In this document: positions 17,809-27,070 of the stretch, in pieces | Layout of the letters: each line of letters starts with the position of its first letter | How positions within the stretch are numbered: position 1 is the stretch's first letter | Assembly (NCBI GenBank): GCA_963773955.1 | Contig: CAVZDM010000026.1 | Location: 6,750 to 70,749, forward strand | Source of the DNA: an uncultured Acidobacteriaceae bacterium | GTDB lineage: Bacteria; Acidobacteriota; Terriglobia; Terriglobales; Acidobacteriaceae | Length of the DNA: 64,000 bases | Reading direction: 5' to 3' | Notes under the pieces: generated by a model | The model's input: the letters and a program-made list of their open reading frames with translations, nothing else | The model's database searches: none | Told to the model about the DNA's origin: nothing | Position numbers and translations under genes: made by a program

Positions 17809-17820
17809 GGGTGGGGGGGG
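17809..17820. repeat. G-rich tract G3-T-G8 at the right edge of the islet
   Basis: GGGTGGGGGGGG read directly. It is in inverted orientation relative to the C-tract at 14679-14707. Confidence 0.8.
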
Positions 17821-17931
17821 CCTTCGACTCCGCCGGGGCTTCACTTCGTGAAGTCCCTGCTCCGCTCAGGATGCCACTGAATGAGGTTGGCTGGGTGCCC
17901 CGGTTTCCCGCCGGCTGTTAGAATTCCGTCG

Positions 17932-18669
17932 ATGATCTTTCGCAGCGATAACCGCACTCCCGAGCAGGTTCGTCCCGTTAACATCGTTCCCGACTTCATC
18001 TCCACCGCGGAGGGATCGGCGCTGATTGAGATGGGCAACACGCGCGTCATCTGCACCGCTTCGGTTGAGGAGACGGTGCCTCCGTTCCTGCGCAATTCGG
18101 GCAAGGGATGGATTTCCGGCGAATACGGGATGCTGCCGCGCTCGACGCTGACGCGCACCGCGCGAGAATCCGCTAAGGGAAAACAAAGCGGACGCACGCA
18201 GGAAATTCAGCGCCTCATCGGACGCTCGCTGCGCGCGGTGGCGGATTTGAAGCGGCTGGGTGAACGCACCATCTGGATCGATTGCGACGTGATCCAAGCG
18301 GACGGAGGCACGCGAACGGCATCGATCACTGGAGCATTCGTCGCGCTGGGCCTGGCTTTGCAACGGCTGATCGATGCGGGAACGTTGAGTTCCGCGCCGA
18401 TTAAGGATTTTGTGGCCGCCATCAGCGTCGGCATCGTGGACGGCGAAGTTCTTCTCGATCTTAATTACGAAGAAGACTCGCGCGCCGATGTGGACATGAA
18501 CTTCGTCATGACCGCGGGCAATAAAATCGTCGAATTGCAGGCCACCGCCGAGCACCAGGTGTTCGACGACGCTCAACTGGCAAAGATGATGGCGATGGCG
18601 CGCCAGGGCATCCAGTCGCTGATCGCGAAGCAGCAGACTGTGCTGGGAACGCTGGCGCTGCGGCAGTAG
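17932..18669 (+). CDS. rph: Ribonuclease PH
   Basis: R.D.R...[54 protein letters not shown]: full-length RNase PH from ATG 17932. Confidence 0.95.
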   Translation: MIFRSDNRTPEQVRPVNIVPDFISTAEGSALIEMGNTRVICTASVEETVPPFLRNSGKGWISGEYGMLPRSTLTRTARESAKGKQSGRTQEIQRLIGRSLRAVADLKRLGERTIWIDCDVIQADGGTRTASITGAFVALGLALQRLIDAGTLSSAPIKDFVAAISVGIVDGEVLLDLNYEEDSRADVDMNFVMTAGNKIVELQATAEHQVFDDAQLAKMMAMARQGIQSLIAKQQTVLGTLALRQ

Positions 18670-18707
18670 GAGCCTTGTGAAGGTCGGGCGCTGCATCCTC
18701 TAACAGT

Positions 18708-18780
18708 TGTCATCCTGAGCGAAGCGAAGGACCTGCTGTTCGCCGCAAGAAGCAGGTCCTTCGCTTCGCTCAGGATGACA
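18708..18780. repeat. REP-like palindrome with a 30-bp perfect inverted repeat
   Basis: TGTCATCCTGAGCGAAGCGAAGGACCTGCT (18708-18737) pairs with AGCAGGTCCTTCGCTTCGCTCAGGATGACA (18751-18780). Confidence 0.9.
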
Positions 18781-18877
18781 AAGGTTGGCCGGATGACAAA
18801 GTCTGGTGAATGCTTACGTTCTTGGCAGCGGCTGTGGTTTAGAATTATGGGTTGCTATTGCACTCATAGGAGGATTT

Positions 18878-19885
18878 ATGAAACTTACCCCCGGCAAACT
18901 CGCCGGAATGAAGGCTGTATCCAATGAACGCGGCGTAATCGCCGCTGCCGCCATGGACCAGCGCGGCTCACTGCAGAAGTCTCTCGCCAAGGAAAAGGGC
19001 TCGGCGGTTTCTGACGCGATGATGGAGGAGTTCAAGATTCTGGTGAGCGAGGTGCTGACGCCACATGCCAGCGCCATCCTGCTCGATCCGGAATGGGGAC
19101 TACCCGCTTCGAAGCGGCGCGCCAAGAACGCTGGTCTGCTACTCGCTTATGAAAAGACCGGCTACGACAAGACGGGACCGGGGCGGCTGGGCGATCTGCT
19201 CGATCATTGGTCGGCGCGCCGGCTGAAGGAAGCGGGCGCGGATTGCGTCAAGATTCTGCTTTACTACACGCCGTTTGATCCGAAAGACATTAACGACAAG
19301 AAGCACGCCTGGGTCGAGCGGCTGGGCGATGAGTGCCGCGCCAATGACATTCCGTTCTTTTTGGAGTTTGTCACTTACGAGGAAGGCGTGGACGAGAAGG
19401 GCTTCGACTTCGCTAAGAAGAAACCGAAAGCGGTCATCGAAAGCATGCGCGAATTCACTAAAGACCGCTATGGCGTCGACGTAATGAAGGTCGAAGTCCC
19501 GATCAACATGAAGTTTGTGGAAGGGACCAAATCGTACAAAGGTGAAAAGGCCTACTCGAAACAGGAAGCGATTAGATTCTTCCATGAGGCAGCGGCGGTC
19601 TCGACCAAGCCGTTCATCTATTTGTCGGCGGGCGTCAGCAATTCCGAGTTCACCGAGTCGCTGGAGCTGGCAGCCGAGTCGGGGGTGAAATTCAACGGCG
19701 TGCTCTGCGGACGCGCCACCTGGAAAGAAGGCATCCCCGTCTACGCGAAACACGGGGCGAATGCGTTCCGGAAGTGGCTGGAAGATGAAGGCGTGAAGAA
19801 CATCAATAACGTGAACGATCGCCTGAAGGCCGCAACTTCGTGGCACTCGATCTACGGAGTGGAGCCGGCGCTGGCGCACGTGTAG
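18878..19885 (+). CDS. Tagatose-1,6-bisphosphate aldolase-like (class I, LacD family)
   Basis: MKLTPGKLAGMK..S.ERGVIAAAAMDQRGSL, LLDPEWG, ILLYY.P, FFLEFVTY: LacD-family pattern from ATG 18878. Confidence 0.75.
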   Translation: MKLTPGKLAGMKAVSNERGVIAAAAMDQRGSLQKSLAKEKGSAVSDAMMEEFKILVSEVLTPHASAILLDPEWGLPASKRRAKNAGLLLAYEKTGYDKTGPGRLGDLLDHWSARRLKEAGADCVKILLYYTPFDPKDINDKKHAWVERLGDECRANDIPFFLEFVTYEEGVDEKGFDFAKKKPKAVIESMREFTKDRYGVDVMKVEVPINMKFVEGTKSYKGEKAYSKQEAIRFFHEAAAVSTKPFIYLSAGVSNSEFTESLELAAESGVKFNGVLCGRATWKEGIPVYAKHGANAFRKWLEDEGVKNINNVNDRLKAATSWHSIYGVEPALAHV

Positions 19886-19917
19886 ATAAAGACCAGTAGC
19901 AGCGGGATGTCTTCTAT

Positions 19918-19998
19918 TGTCATCCTGAGTGAAGCGAAGGACCTGTGCATTTTTGAGCAGCCTGGAACAGCAGGTCCTTCGCTTCGCTCAGGATGACA
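19918..19998. repeat. Second copy of the GTCATCCTGAG-type REP palindrome
   Basis: TGTCATCCTGAGTGAAGCGAAGGACCTG (19918-19945) pairs with CAGGTCCTTCGCTTCGCTCAGGATGACA (19971-19998) with 1 mismatch. Same orientation as the copy at 18708. Confidence 0.9.
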
Positions 19999-20027
19999 GT
20001 TCATTTGTGCCCGATTTGCAGAACACT

Positions 20028-20813
20028 ATGCCGACAGCTGACCGCAAGACCGCATTGATCACTGGCGCCTCGTTCGGCATCGGAATGGAATTCGCCCGCA
20101 TCTTCGCGCGCGAAGACTACAACCTTGTTCTCGTCGCCCGCAGCGCGGATAAACTCCGGCAACTCGCATCTGAACTGGAGAAATTGCACGGGACACGTTC
20201 GCTGATTTTGGCAGTCGACCTGACCGAACCTGGAGCTGCCGCGTATGTGCTGGATCAGACCACGCGGGCGGACATTCAAGTGGATGTGCTGGTCAACAAC
20301 GCGGGATTCGGACAGTATGGTTTCTTTGCTGAAAATGACTTGGAAGAATGTCTGCGCCAGATCCAGCTCAACGTGACCACCCTCACCCACCTGACGCGGC
20401 TGTATCTCCCGGCGATGATTGAACGCAAGAGTGGACGCATACTGAATGTGGCGTCCACTGCGGCGTTTCAGCCGGGTCCGCTGATGGCCGTATATTTCGC
20501 GACCAAAGCTTACGTTCTGTATTTGTCGGAAGCGCTGGCTAACGAACTCGACGGATCAGGCGTCACCGTAACCTGCCTGTGCCCGGGCGCAACCGCCACG
20601 GAGTTTCACAAGCGCGCGAATGCAACCGGCCAGCGGCTGCTGAAGTTCGGTTCGATGGACGCGCGCGCTGTTGCCGAAGATGGTTATCGCGCACTGATGG
20701 ATGGAAAACCCGTGGTGATTTCGGGATTTAAGAATTGGCTGTTGGCGCAGTCAGTGCGCTTTTCGCCACGCGGGCTGGTGACGGCCATTGCCCGGAAAAT
20801 GCAGGAAGAGTAG
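20028..20813 (+). CDS. Short-chain dehydrogenase/reductase (SDR)
   Basis: TGASFGIG cofactor motif, NNAG, and a Y...K catalytic pair (YFATKAY). ATG 20028 lies downstream of the REP element. Confidence 0.9.
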   Translation: MPTADRKTALITGASFGIGMEFARIFAREDYNLVLVARSADKLRQLASELEKLHGTRSLILAVDLTEPGAAAYVLDQTTRADIQVDVLVNNAGFGQYGFFAENDLEECLRQIQLNVTTLTHLTRLYLPAMIERKSGRILNVASTAAFQPGPLMAVYFATKAYVLYLSEALANELDGSGVTVTCLCPGATATEFHKRANATGQRLLKFGSMDARAVAEDGYRALMDGKPVVISGFKNWLLAQSVRFSPRGLVTAIARKMQEE

Positions 20814-20877
20814 GCCGCTGACGGAGCGGCGGGTACCCAGCCGTCTGGACGAATGCGACCGAAGGGATGGTGCACAC

Positions 20878-20901
20878 AGAGACGCGGCGAGCCGCGTCTC
20901 T
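20878..20901. terminator. Hairpin between convergent genes (SDR on +, permease on -)
   Basis: AGAGACGCGG-CGAG-CCGCGTCTCT, a perfect 10-bp GC-rich stem. The flanking U-tracts are weak. Confidence 0.5.
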
Positions 20902-20914
20902 ACAGAGGACGCGT

Positions 20915-22516
20915 TCATGGTGACTTGCGGCCTTCTAGCGCGGCTTGCACTCGGCTGTGTTTCCGGCTGTAGGTGAAATAGACGACCAACCCGATGATCA
21001 GCCAGATAATCAAGCGCGCCCAGTTCCAAATGCCGAGTTTGTACATCATGTAGCCGTTGAACAGGATGCCCATGATCGGCACAAACGGCACCCACGGCGT
21101 CCGGAAGGGACGAGGTTGGCCGGGGTTGGTTCGGCGCAAGGCCATGACCGCGATGCATACAATCACGAATGCCAACAGCGTTCCAATATTGACCATTTGT
21201 CCGATAATTGCGATGGGCGTCAGACTGCCCACGATCGCGGCCAGCAGGCCGACTAGCATGGTGTTTTTCCATGGCGTCCGGAATCGCTCGTGAACATCGG
21301 CAAAGAATTTCTTGGGCAACAGGCCGTCGTTGGCCATCGAATACAACACGCGAGTCTGCCCCAAAAGCATAACGAGCATCACGCTGGTGAGCCCGGCCAG
21401 CGCTCCCAGCGTAATGATGTTGGATGCACCGGTAAGGCCGCGATCCAGGAAAGCGCGAGCCAGGGGCGCTTCGATGTTGACGTCTCGCCAGGGAACCATG
21501 CCGGTGAGAACGGCCGCGACCGCGATATACAAGACGGTGCAGACAAGGAGCGAAGCAATGATGCCAATGGGAAGATCGCGTTGCGGATTCTTCGCCTCCT
21601 GAGCGGTCGTGGAAACGGCGTCGAATCCGATGTAAGCGAAGAAGATGTAGGCGGCTCCAGCGCCGATTCCGGAAAATCCGAAAGGCGCGAAAGTCGCCCA
21701 GTCCGATCCCCAGTTGACGGCGTGGACATAGTGGATTCCCAGCGCGATTACAAAGAGAACAACCGCAACTTTAATGGTAACGATGGTGGCGTTGAAGCGG
21801 GCGCTCTCCTTGATGCCTATAACGAGAATCGCCGTGATCACCAGCGCGATGATGAAGGCTGGTACGTTTAACCCGATTTCATAGCCGAACAGATGGGGCG
21901 CATTCAACAGAGTGTGCGCTCTCAGTAACAGCTCGGGCGATTGCGCGTCCATGATCGCCGACTTTTTTGCGAGAAATGCTTGCGTGCCAGCCACCAGCGT
22001 GGGATCGGCGAGCTGCGCCATCTGGCGCGCGACGATGTCTTCCGCTGTGTGGAGGCCGGTCCAGTGATCGTAGGCCAGCCATAACGGCATTCTGATATGG
22101 AAAATGTTGAGCAGTTCGATGAAATGGTTCGACCAGCCGGAGGACACCGTGCTGGCGCCCATGGCATATTCGAGCGTGAGGTCCCAGCCGATGATCCAGG
22201 CAAAGATCTCGCCCAGCGTCGCGTAGGCGTAGGTGTAGGCGCTGCCCGCCAATGGGATCATGGCGGCAAATTCCGCGTAGCACAGAGCCGCAAAAGTGCA
22301 ACCTAACCCGGAGAGTATGAAAGAGAGCATCAGTCCGGGCCCCGCGTAGTGAGCACCCAAGCCGGAGAGCACGAAGATTCCGGCTCCAATCACCGCGCCG
22401 ACGCCGAGCGCCGTCAGCTGAAATACGCCCAGCGTGCGTTTCAAACTATGCGAGCCGGTTTCTCGCGCCTCTTCCATCAGCAACTCGAGCGGCTTTTTCG
22501 CAAAGAGGTCAGTCAT
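20915..22516 (-). CDS. Amino acid permease (APC superfamily, cationic-amino-acid-transporter-like)
   Basis: About 12-14 TM segments. N-terminal LKRTLGVFQLTALGVGAVIGAGIFVL is an APC signature. ATG 22516 was chosen because the upstream part of the track ORF is made of mini-hairpin repeats. Confidence 0.9.
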   Translation of the reverse strand: MTDLFAKKPLELLMEEARETGSHSLKRTLGVFQLTALGVGAVIGAGIFVLSGLGAHYAGPGLMLSFILSGLGCTFAALCYAEFAAMIPLAGSAYTYAYATLGEIFAWIIGWDLTLEYAMGASTVSSGWSNHFIELLNIFHIRMPLWLAYDHWTGLHTAEDIVARQMAQLADPTLVAGTQAFLAKKSAIMDAQSPELLLRAHTLLNAPHLFGYEIGLNVPAFIIALVITAILVIGIKESARFNATIVTIKVAVVLFVIALGIHYVHAVNWGSDWATFAPFGFSGIGAGAAYIFFAYIGFDAVSTTAQEAKNPQRDLPIGIIASLLVCTVLYIAVAAVLTGMVPWRDVNIEAPLARAFLDRGLTGASNIITLGALAGLTSVMLVMLLGQTRVLYSMANDGLLPKKFFADVHERFRTPWKNTMLVGLLAAIVGSLTPIAIIGQMVNIGTLLAFVIVCIAVMALRRTNPGQPRPFRTPWVPFVPIMGILFNGYMMYKLGIWNWARLIIWLIIGLVVYFTYSRKHSRVQAALEGRKSP

Positions 22517-22567
22517 CAGTAGCGTCTCTCCTGTCTTCCTGTGATGAAACTCCGGCAGCCAAAGGCC

Positions 22568-22635
22568 AGCGCCTAAAGGCGCATCCGTAAAAACGCTCAC
22601 TTACGGTATGCCTGAAGGCATACCCTGATACAAAC
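22568..22635. repeat. Mini-hairpin repeats (GC stem, TAAA/TGAA loop)
   Basis: GCGCC-TAAA-GGCGC (about 22569-22582) and GGTATGCC-TGAA-GGCATACC (22605-22624), followed by CCTGATACAAA. Confidence 0.7.
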
Positions 22636-22655
22636 CGCACTGGCGACGCGGTCTG

Positions 22656-24218
22656 CTAAGCCGTCTGGGATCGCGGGCGCCAGATGTAGTACACCGGGAT
22701 GCCCAGCAGCACGATGAACAATCCCGGCCAAGTGTATTGCGGCTTGTAGCGTAACAGTACAACGTCGATAAACAAAGCCATCACGATATAAATTGCGGGC
22801 AAGACCGGGTATCCGATGGCCTTGTACGGACGCTCAGCCTCGGGATGGGTTCGGCGCAAGACGAAAAGTCCGAAGATGGTGAGTACGTAAAAAACCAGCA
22901 CCGCAAAAATAATGTAATCCAGAAGCTGGCCGTAACTGCCGGAGATGCAGAGGACGCACGTCCAGACCATCTGCACCATCAGCGAAACCGCGGGCGTCTT
23001 GTAGCCGGGATGCAAGCGGGCGACGCTGCGAAAAAAGAGGCCGTCCTTCGCCATGGCGTAGTAGACGCGGGCTCCGGAGAGAATCAGGCCATTGCAGCAA
23101 CCGAAACCGGAAATCATGATGGCGACGGCCATGAGCGCGCCGCCGGCGGAACCGAACATCTGGGTCATGACCGCGGTGGCTACGCGGTCCTCGCGGGCGT
23201 ACTGGATACCGCGTTCGAGCAGGGTCGTCCCGGTGGGACTGCCCACCAGCGGCAGCGCACCCAGATAAATAAAGTTGCACCCGATATAGAGCGCGATCAC
23301 CACGCCGGTGCCGAGCGCCAGCGACAAGGGAAGATTCCGGCTGGGATTTTTCACCTCTCCGGCGGTGAAGGTAACGTTGTTCCAGGCATCGGCGGAAAAT
23401 AGCGATCCGACTTGCGCGATCGCCAGCACGGTGAGGGTCGAGACCAATACGCTTGCTCCCATGCCTCCGCCGACGTCATGCAAAGTGCCGAGGCCGGCGT
23501 TGTGCCAGAAGTTGGCGCCGAAATTCGCGGCCACAGCCTGCGCGTTCCGGCCTAGAAATACTCCGAAGAGGACCAAGCCGAGCAGTGCCGAGACTTTTGC
23601 GGTGGTGAAAATGTTCTGGATGAAAGCGCCCGTCTTGACGCCGAAAATATTGATGATGGAGAGCGCTACCACGACCAGGATGGCGACAAAGTTCTGCGTG
23701 TTCAGTCCGACATCCATGCCACCTAGCATCATGGGGCCGACCGCGAACTTCGGGACTTTCCACAGGTGGACGATCCAATGAGTGGAGGAGACTGCGGGCC
23801 AGAAGATGCCGAGGAATTTGCCGAAGGCTACGCCCACGGCGGCGATCGTGCCCGTCTGAATCACGAGAAACAGAGTCCAGCCGTAAAGAAAACCCCAGAG
23901 TGGGCCGAGCGACTCGCGCAGGTAAACGTATTGCCCGCCGGCCCGCGGCATCATGGCTGCGAGTTCGCCGTAGGTGAGTGCGCCGACGATGGTCAGGAAG
24001 CCGGTGACGAGCCATGCGCCGATGAGCAACGCCGGCGAGGTTACCTCACGAGAAATTTCGGCGGAGACTATGAAGATGCCGGAGCCGATCATGGAGCCCA
24101 TTACCAGCATGGTCGCGCTGGTCAGGCCTAGGGCTTTGACTAGCTCTTTATCCTGATGGGTGTGGCGTTCCCAATCGCTGACGCTCACGGGAACTGGGGG
24201 TGGAACGCTTGTGCTCAC
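22656..24218 (-). CDS. Amino acid permease (APC superfamily)
   Basis: 520 aa polytopic protein. LGLTSATMLVMGSMIGSGIFIV is an APC signature. Confidence 0.9.
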   Translation of the reverse strand: MSTSVPPPVPVSVSDWERHTHQDKELVKALGLTSATMLVMGSMIGSGIFIVSAEISREVTSPALLIGAWLVTGFLTIVGALTYGELAAMMPRAGGQYVYLRESLGPLWGFLYGWTLFLVIQTGTIAAVGVAFGKFLGIFWPAVSSTHWIVHLWKVPKFAVGPMMLGGMDVGLNTQNFVAILVVVALSIINIFGVKTGAFIQNIFTTAKVSALLGLVLFGVFLGRNAQAVAANFGANFWHNAGLGTLHDVGGGMGASVLVSTLTVLAIAQVGSLFSADAWNNVTFTAGEVKNPSRNLPLSLALGTGVVIALYIGCNFIYLGALPLVGSPTGTTLLERGIQYAREDRVATAVMTQMFGSAGGALMAVAIMISGFGCCNGLILSGARVYYAMAKDGLFFRSVARLHPGYKTPAVSLMVQMVWTCVLCISGSYGQLLDYIIFAVLVFYVLTIFGLFVLRRTHPEAERPYKAIGYPVLPAIYIVMALFIDVVLLRYKPQYTWPGLFIVLLGIPVYYIWRPRSQTA

Positions 24219-24274
24219 GAACCTCCTAGGTATCCTCTGAAGAAGTTATTTCTTGGCCGCAGGCTGACCTCAGC

Positions 24275-24323
24275 GGCTAAAGCCGTTCAAACGAGCCGGT
24301 TACCGCAGCGCTGAAGCGCTGCG
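24275..24323. repeat. Mini-hairpin repeats of the same style as 22568-22635
   Basis: CGGC-TAAA-GCCG (24275-24286) and GCAGCGC-TGAA-GCGCTGC (24306-24323). Confidence 0.65.
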
Positions 24324-24375
24324 CCACCCAGAATCCAATGCCACCCGAGAGCTTTTCAACTTTGGTTTTTCAACT

Positions 24376-24990
24376 TTACCCTAGAACCCTCAAAAATTCC
24401 TCTGCTGATTTGCGGGGATCCCGTAACAAGTCGGATATCACCGCCACGGCGTCGGCTCCGGCCTCGATGACGGAAGGGGCGTTGGCGCGGGTAATGCCGC
24501 CGATCGCTACCAGAGGCTTGCGCGTCAATTCCCTTGCCCGACGGACGCCTGCGAGTCCTACGACTGGGTCGGGATTGGCCTTGCTGGTGGTCCCAAAGAC
24601 GGGGCCGATGGCGAGATAGTCGGCGGATGTTCTATCAGCTTCTGATAGCTGCTCGGGATTGTGGGTCGATACTCCGAGGCAGCGAGTGGGCCCGATAATG
24701 CGGCGTGCGGATTCGGGAGAGAGGTCATCCTGCCCAATGTGCAGGCCGTCGAAACCAGCCGCGAGGCAGAGGTCGGCGCGGTCGTTCATGATCAGGCTGA
24801 TTTTTGTTCCGAGGCGCGCCCTGAGTTCGCGCGCTTGGTCGAGCATCTGCCGGGCGCTGCCGGACTTGTTGCGGTACTGCAGCAGGGTGCAGCCGGCGGC
24901 AGCGAATTCCTCCGCAGTGAAAAGCATTCTGGCGGCATCAGGAAAACATGCAGCGTCGAGAATCGGGTAGAGTCGCGGTAGTTGCAACAT
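24376..24990 (-). CDS. thiE: Thiamine-phosphate synthase ThiE
   Basis: LYPILD, LQYRNK, NDR.DL, DGLHIGQDD, IGPVF.T.SK, VAIGGI, VAVIS: the ThiE pattern. Confidence 0.9.
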   Translation of the reverse strand: MLQLPRLYPILDAACFPDAARMLFTAEEFAAAGCTLLQYRNKSGSARQMLDQARELRARLGTKISLIMNDRADLCLAAGFDGLHIGQDDLSPESARRIIGPTRCLGVSTHNPEQLSEADRTSADYLAIGPVFGTTSKANPDPVVGLAGVRRARELTRKPLVAIGGITRANAPSVIEAGADAVAVISDLLRDPRKSAEEFLRVLG

Positions 24991-25038
24991 GGGTTCAACT
25001 TTAGATACGACGCTTGCCGCGTCTCTACGAATATGTCG

Positions 25039-26397
25039 TCAGCCTGCGGGTTGTTTTTTCGCCAGGAATCTCTCGATGAATCCGGTATCGAAATTGCCTG
25101 CTCGGAAATCCGGGTCAGCCAGAATTCTGCGGTGCAGCGGAATTGTCGTGTAGATTCCCTCCACGATAAACATCTCCAGAGCACGGCTCATGCGCGAGAT
25201 AGCCTCGCTGCGATCCTTGCCACGCACCACCAACTTCGCGATCAGCGAATCATAATAAGGAGGAATCGTGCCTTCGGCATAAGCCGCGGTGTCGATGCGC
25301 ACGCCTGTTCCTCCCGGCGGGTTGAACGTGGTGATCTTGCCCGCCGACGGCGTGAACTTCTCCGGATGCTCGGCATTGATGCGGCATTCGATGGCGTGTC
25401 CGCGATGCACGATGGGACCGTGCAACACATCGACCAGCTTTTCGCCCGCGGCGATCATGATCTGACTCTTGACCAGGTCCACGTCGGTGACCATTTCGGT
25501 GACCGGATGCTCCACCTGGATGCGCGTGTTCATCTCGATGAAGTAGAGGCGGCGCTCCTGGTCCATGAGGAATTCGATGGTGCCGGCATTGTGATAACCG
25601 ACCTGGCTGAGCGTTTTGCTGATGGCGTCTCCGGTTTCCTTGCGCAGTTCGGGCGTCATGCGCACCGAGGGCGACTCTTCGAGCAGTTTCTGGTGGCGGC
25701 GCTGTATCGAGCACTCGCGTTCGCCCAGGCTGATCACGTTACCGTGCTCGTCGCCCAGAACCTGGAACTCGATGTGGCGCGGGTTCTCGACATAGCGTTC
25801 CAGGTAAAGGTCGCCGTTGCCGAAGGCACCGGCGGCTTCCGACTGCGCCTGGCGGTAGAGCGCGGGCAATTCATCTTCGTTGCGCACAATGCGCATGCCC
25901 CGCCCGCCGCCGCCGGCGGTGGCTTTTACGATGACGGGAAAGCCGATTTGCCGCGCCCATTCGCGCGCTTCCTCAGCAGAAGCGACCACGCCGTCGGAGC
26001 CGGGGACGATCGGCACTCCATGTTGTTTCATGGCGGCGCGTGCTTTCTCTTTTTCGCCCATCAGCCGGATGACGTCGGGAGGGGGCCCGATGAACTTGAT
26101 GTGACAGGCTTCGCAGACTTCCGCGAAATTGGCGTTTTCTGAAAGCAGGCCGTAGCCGGGATGGATGGCATCGACGTTGGCGATCTCGGCCGCGCTGATG
26201 ACGGCGGGGATGTTCAGATAACTCTGTGCCAGCTGCGGCGGGCCAATGCAAATCGCTTCATCGGCAAAGCGCACGTGGAGCGAATTCCGGTCCGCCTCGC
26301 TGTAGATCGCCACCGAGCGGATGCCGAGTTCCTTGCATGCGCAAATGACGCGCAAGGCTATTTCGCCGCGATTCGCTACCAGAATCTTCTTAAACAT
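25039..26397 (-). CDS. accC: Acetyl-CoA carboxylase, biotin carboxylase subunit
   Basis: [18 protein letters not shown]..., [22 protein letters not shown]: full-length AccC. Confidence 0.97.
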   Translation of the reverse strand: MFKKILVANRGEIALRVICACKELGIRSVAIYSEADRNSLHVRFADEAICIGPPQLAQSYLNIPAVISAAEIANVDAIHPGYGLLSENANFAEVCEACHIKFIGPPPDVIRLMGEKEKARAAMKQHGVPIVPGSDGVVASAEEAREWARQIGFPVIVKATAGGGGRGMRIVRNEDELPALYRQAQSEAAGAFGNGDLYLERYVENPRHIEFQVLGDEHGNVISLGERECSIQRRHQKLLEESPSVRMTPELRKETGDAISKTLSQVGYHNAGTIEFLMDQERRLYFIEMNTRIQVEHPVTEMVTDVDLVKSQIMIAAGEKLVDVLHGPIVHRGHAIECRINAEHPEKFTPSAGKITTFNPPGGTGVRIDTAAYAEGTIPPYYDSLIAKLVVRGKDRSEAISRMSRALEMFIVEGIYTTIPLHRRILADPDFRAGNFDTGFIERFLAKKQPAG

Positions 26398-26404
26398 GAT
26401 GTGA

Positions 26405-26515
26405 AAGCTCTCAGCTGTCAGCTGTCAGCTGTCAGCTCTCGGCTCTCAGGAAAATCACCTGACTGCACAGCACTGGATTTTCCCTGAGGGCTGCGAACTG
26501 GAGAACTGAGAGCTT
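26405..26515. repeat. Composite REP-like hairpin with (CAGCTGT)x3
   Basis: The outer arms AAGCTCTCAG (26405-26414) and CTGAGAGCTT (26506-26515) pair. The inner arms CTCAGGAAAATC and GATTTTCCCTGAG pair with a 1-nt bulge. There are three perfect CAGCTGT heptamers at 26412-26432. The right arm contains CTGCGAACTGGAGAACTGAGA, related to the element at 12462. Confidence 0.8.
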
Positions 26516-26996
26516 ATTTCTTGGGCCGGACGGCGAACAGTTCCTGGCCGTACTCGATGGGCTGGCCGTTGGCGATGAGCTTCTTGACCAACTCCCCGGC
26601 CACGTCGCATTCGATTTCGTTCATCAGCTTCATCGCTTCAACAATGCACAAAACCTGGCCTACTTCCAACGCATCGCCGACTTTGACGAAGGGCGGAGAC
26701 CCGGGCGAGGGCGACTCGTAAAAGGTGCCCACGATCGGCGACCGCACAATGTGCAAGCCTTCCTCAGGTTGAGGCGCACCGGCGTTAGCGGCCAGATCGA
26801 TCCGGCTGGACGCGGGTCCGGAAGCCGGGACCGGCGCTGGATGAACCGCGATATAGCGGGAGTCTGGCAACGCTGCCGGCAACGGTTCGGCTCCGCGCTT
26901 GATCTTCACCTTGACATCGCCGCGCTCCAATTCAAATTCGGCAATGTCCTTCTCGATTAAGAACTCGATGAGTTCTTTCAGCTCTTTTTGATTCAT
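26514..26996 (-). CDS. accB: Acetyl-CoA carboxylase, biotin carboxyl carrier protein
   Basis: ATG 26996 gives MNQKELKELIEFL.... Ala/Pro-rich linker. Biotinyl motif CIVEAMKLMNEI. Confidence 0.93.
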   Translation of the reverse strand: MNQKELKELIEFLIEKDIAEFELERGDVKVKIKRGAEPLPAALPDSRYIAVHPAPVPASGPASSRIDLAANAGAPQPEEGLHIVRSPIVGTFYESPSPGSPPFVKVGDALEVGQVLCIVEAMKLMNEIECDVAGELVKKLIANGQPIEYGQELFAVRPKK

Positions 26997-27070
26997 GGAT
27001 GAGGGCGGGTTCCGTGTTCTTTGTGTGGCGGGGCAAGCCCCGCCACCACACGATGCTAAATCACACGCTG

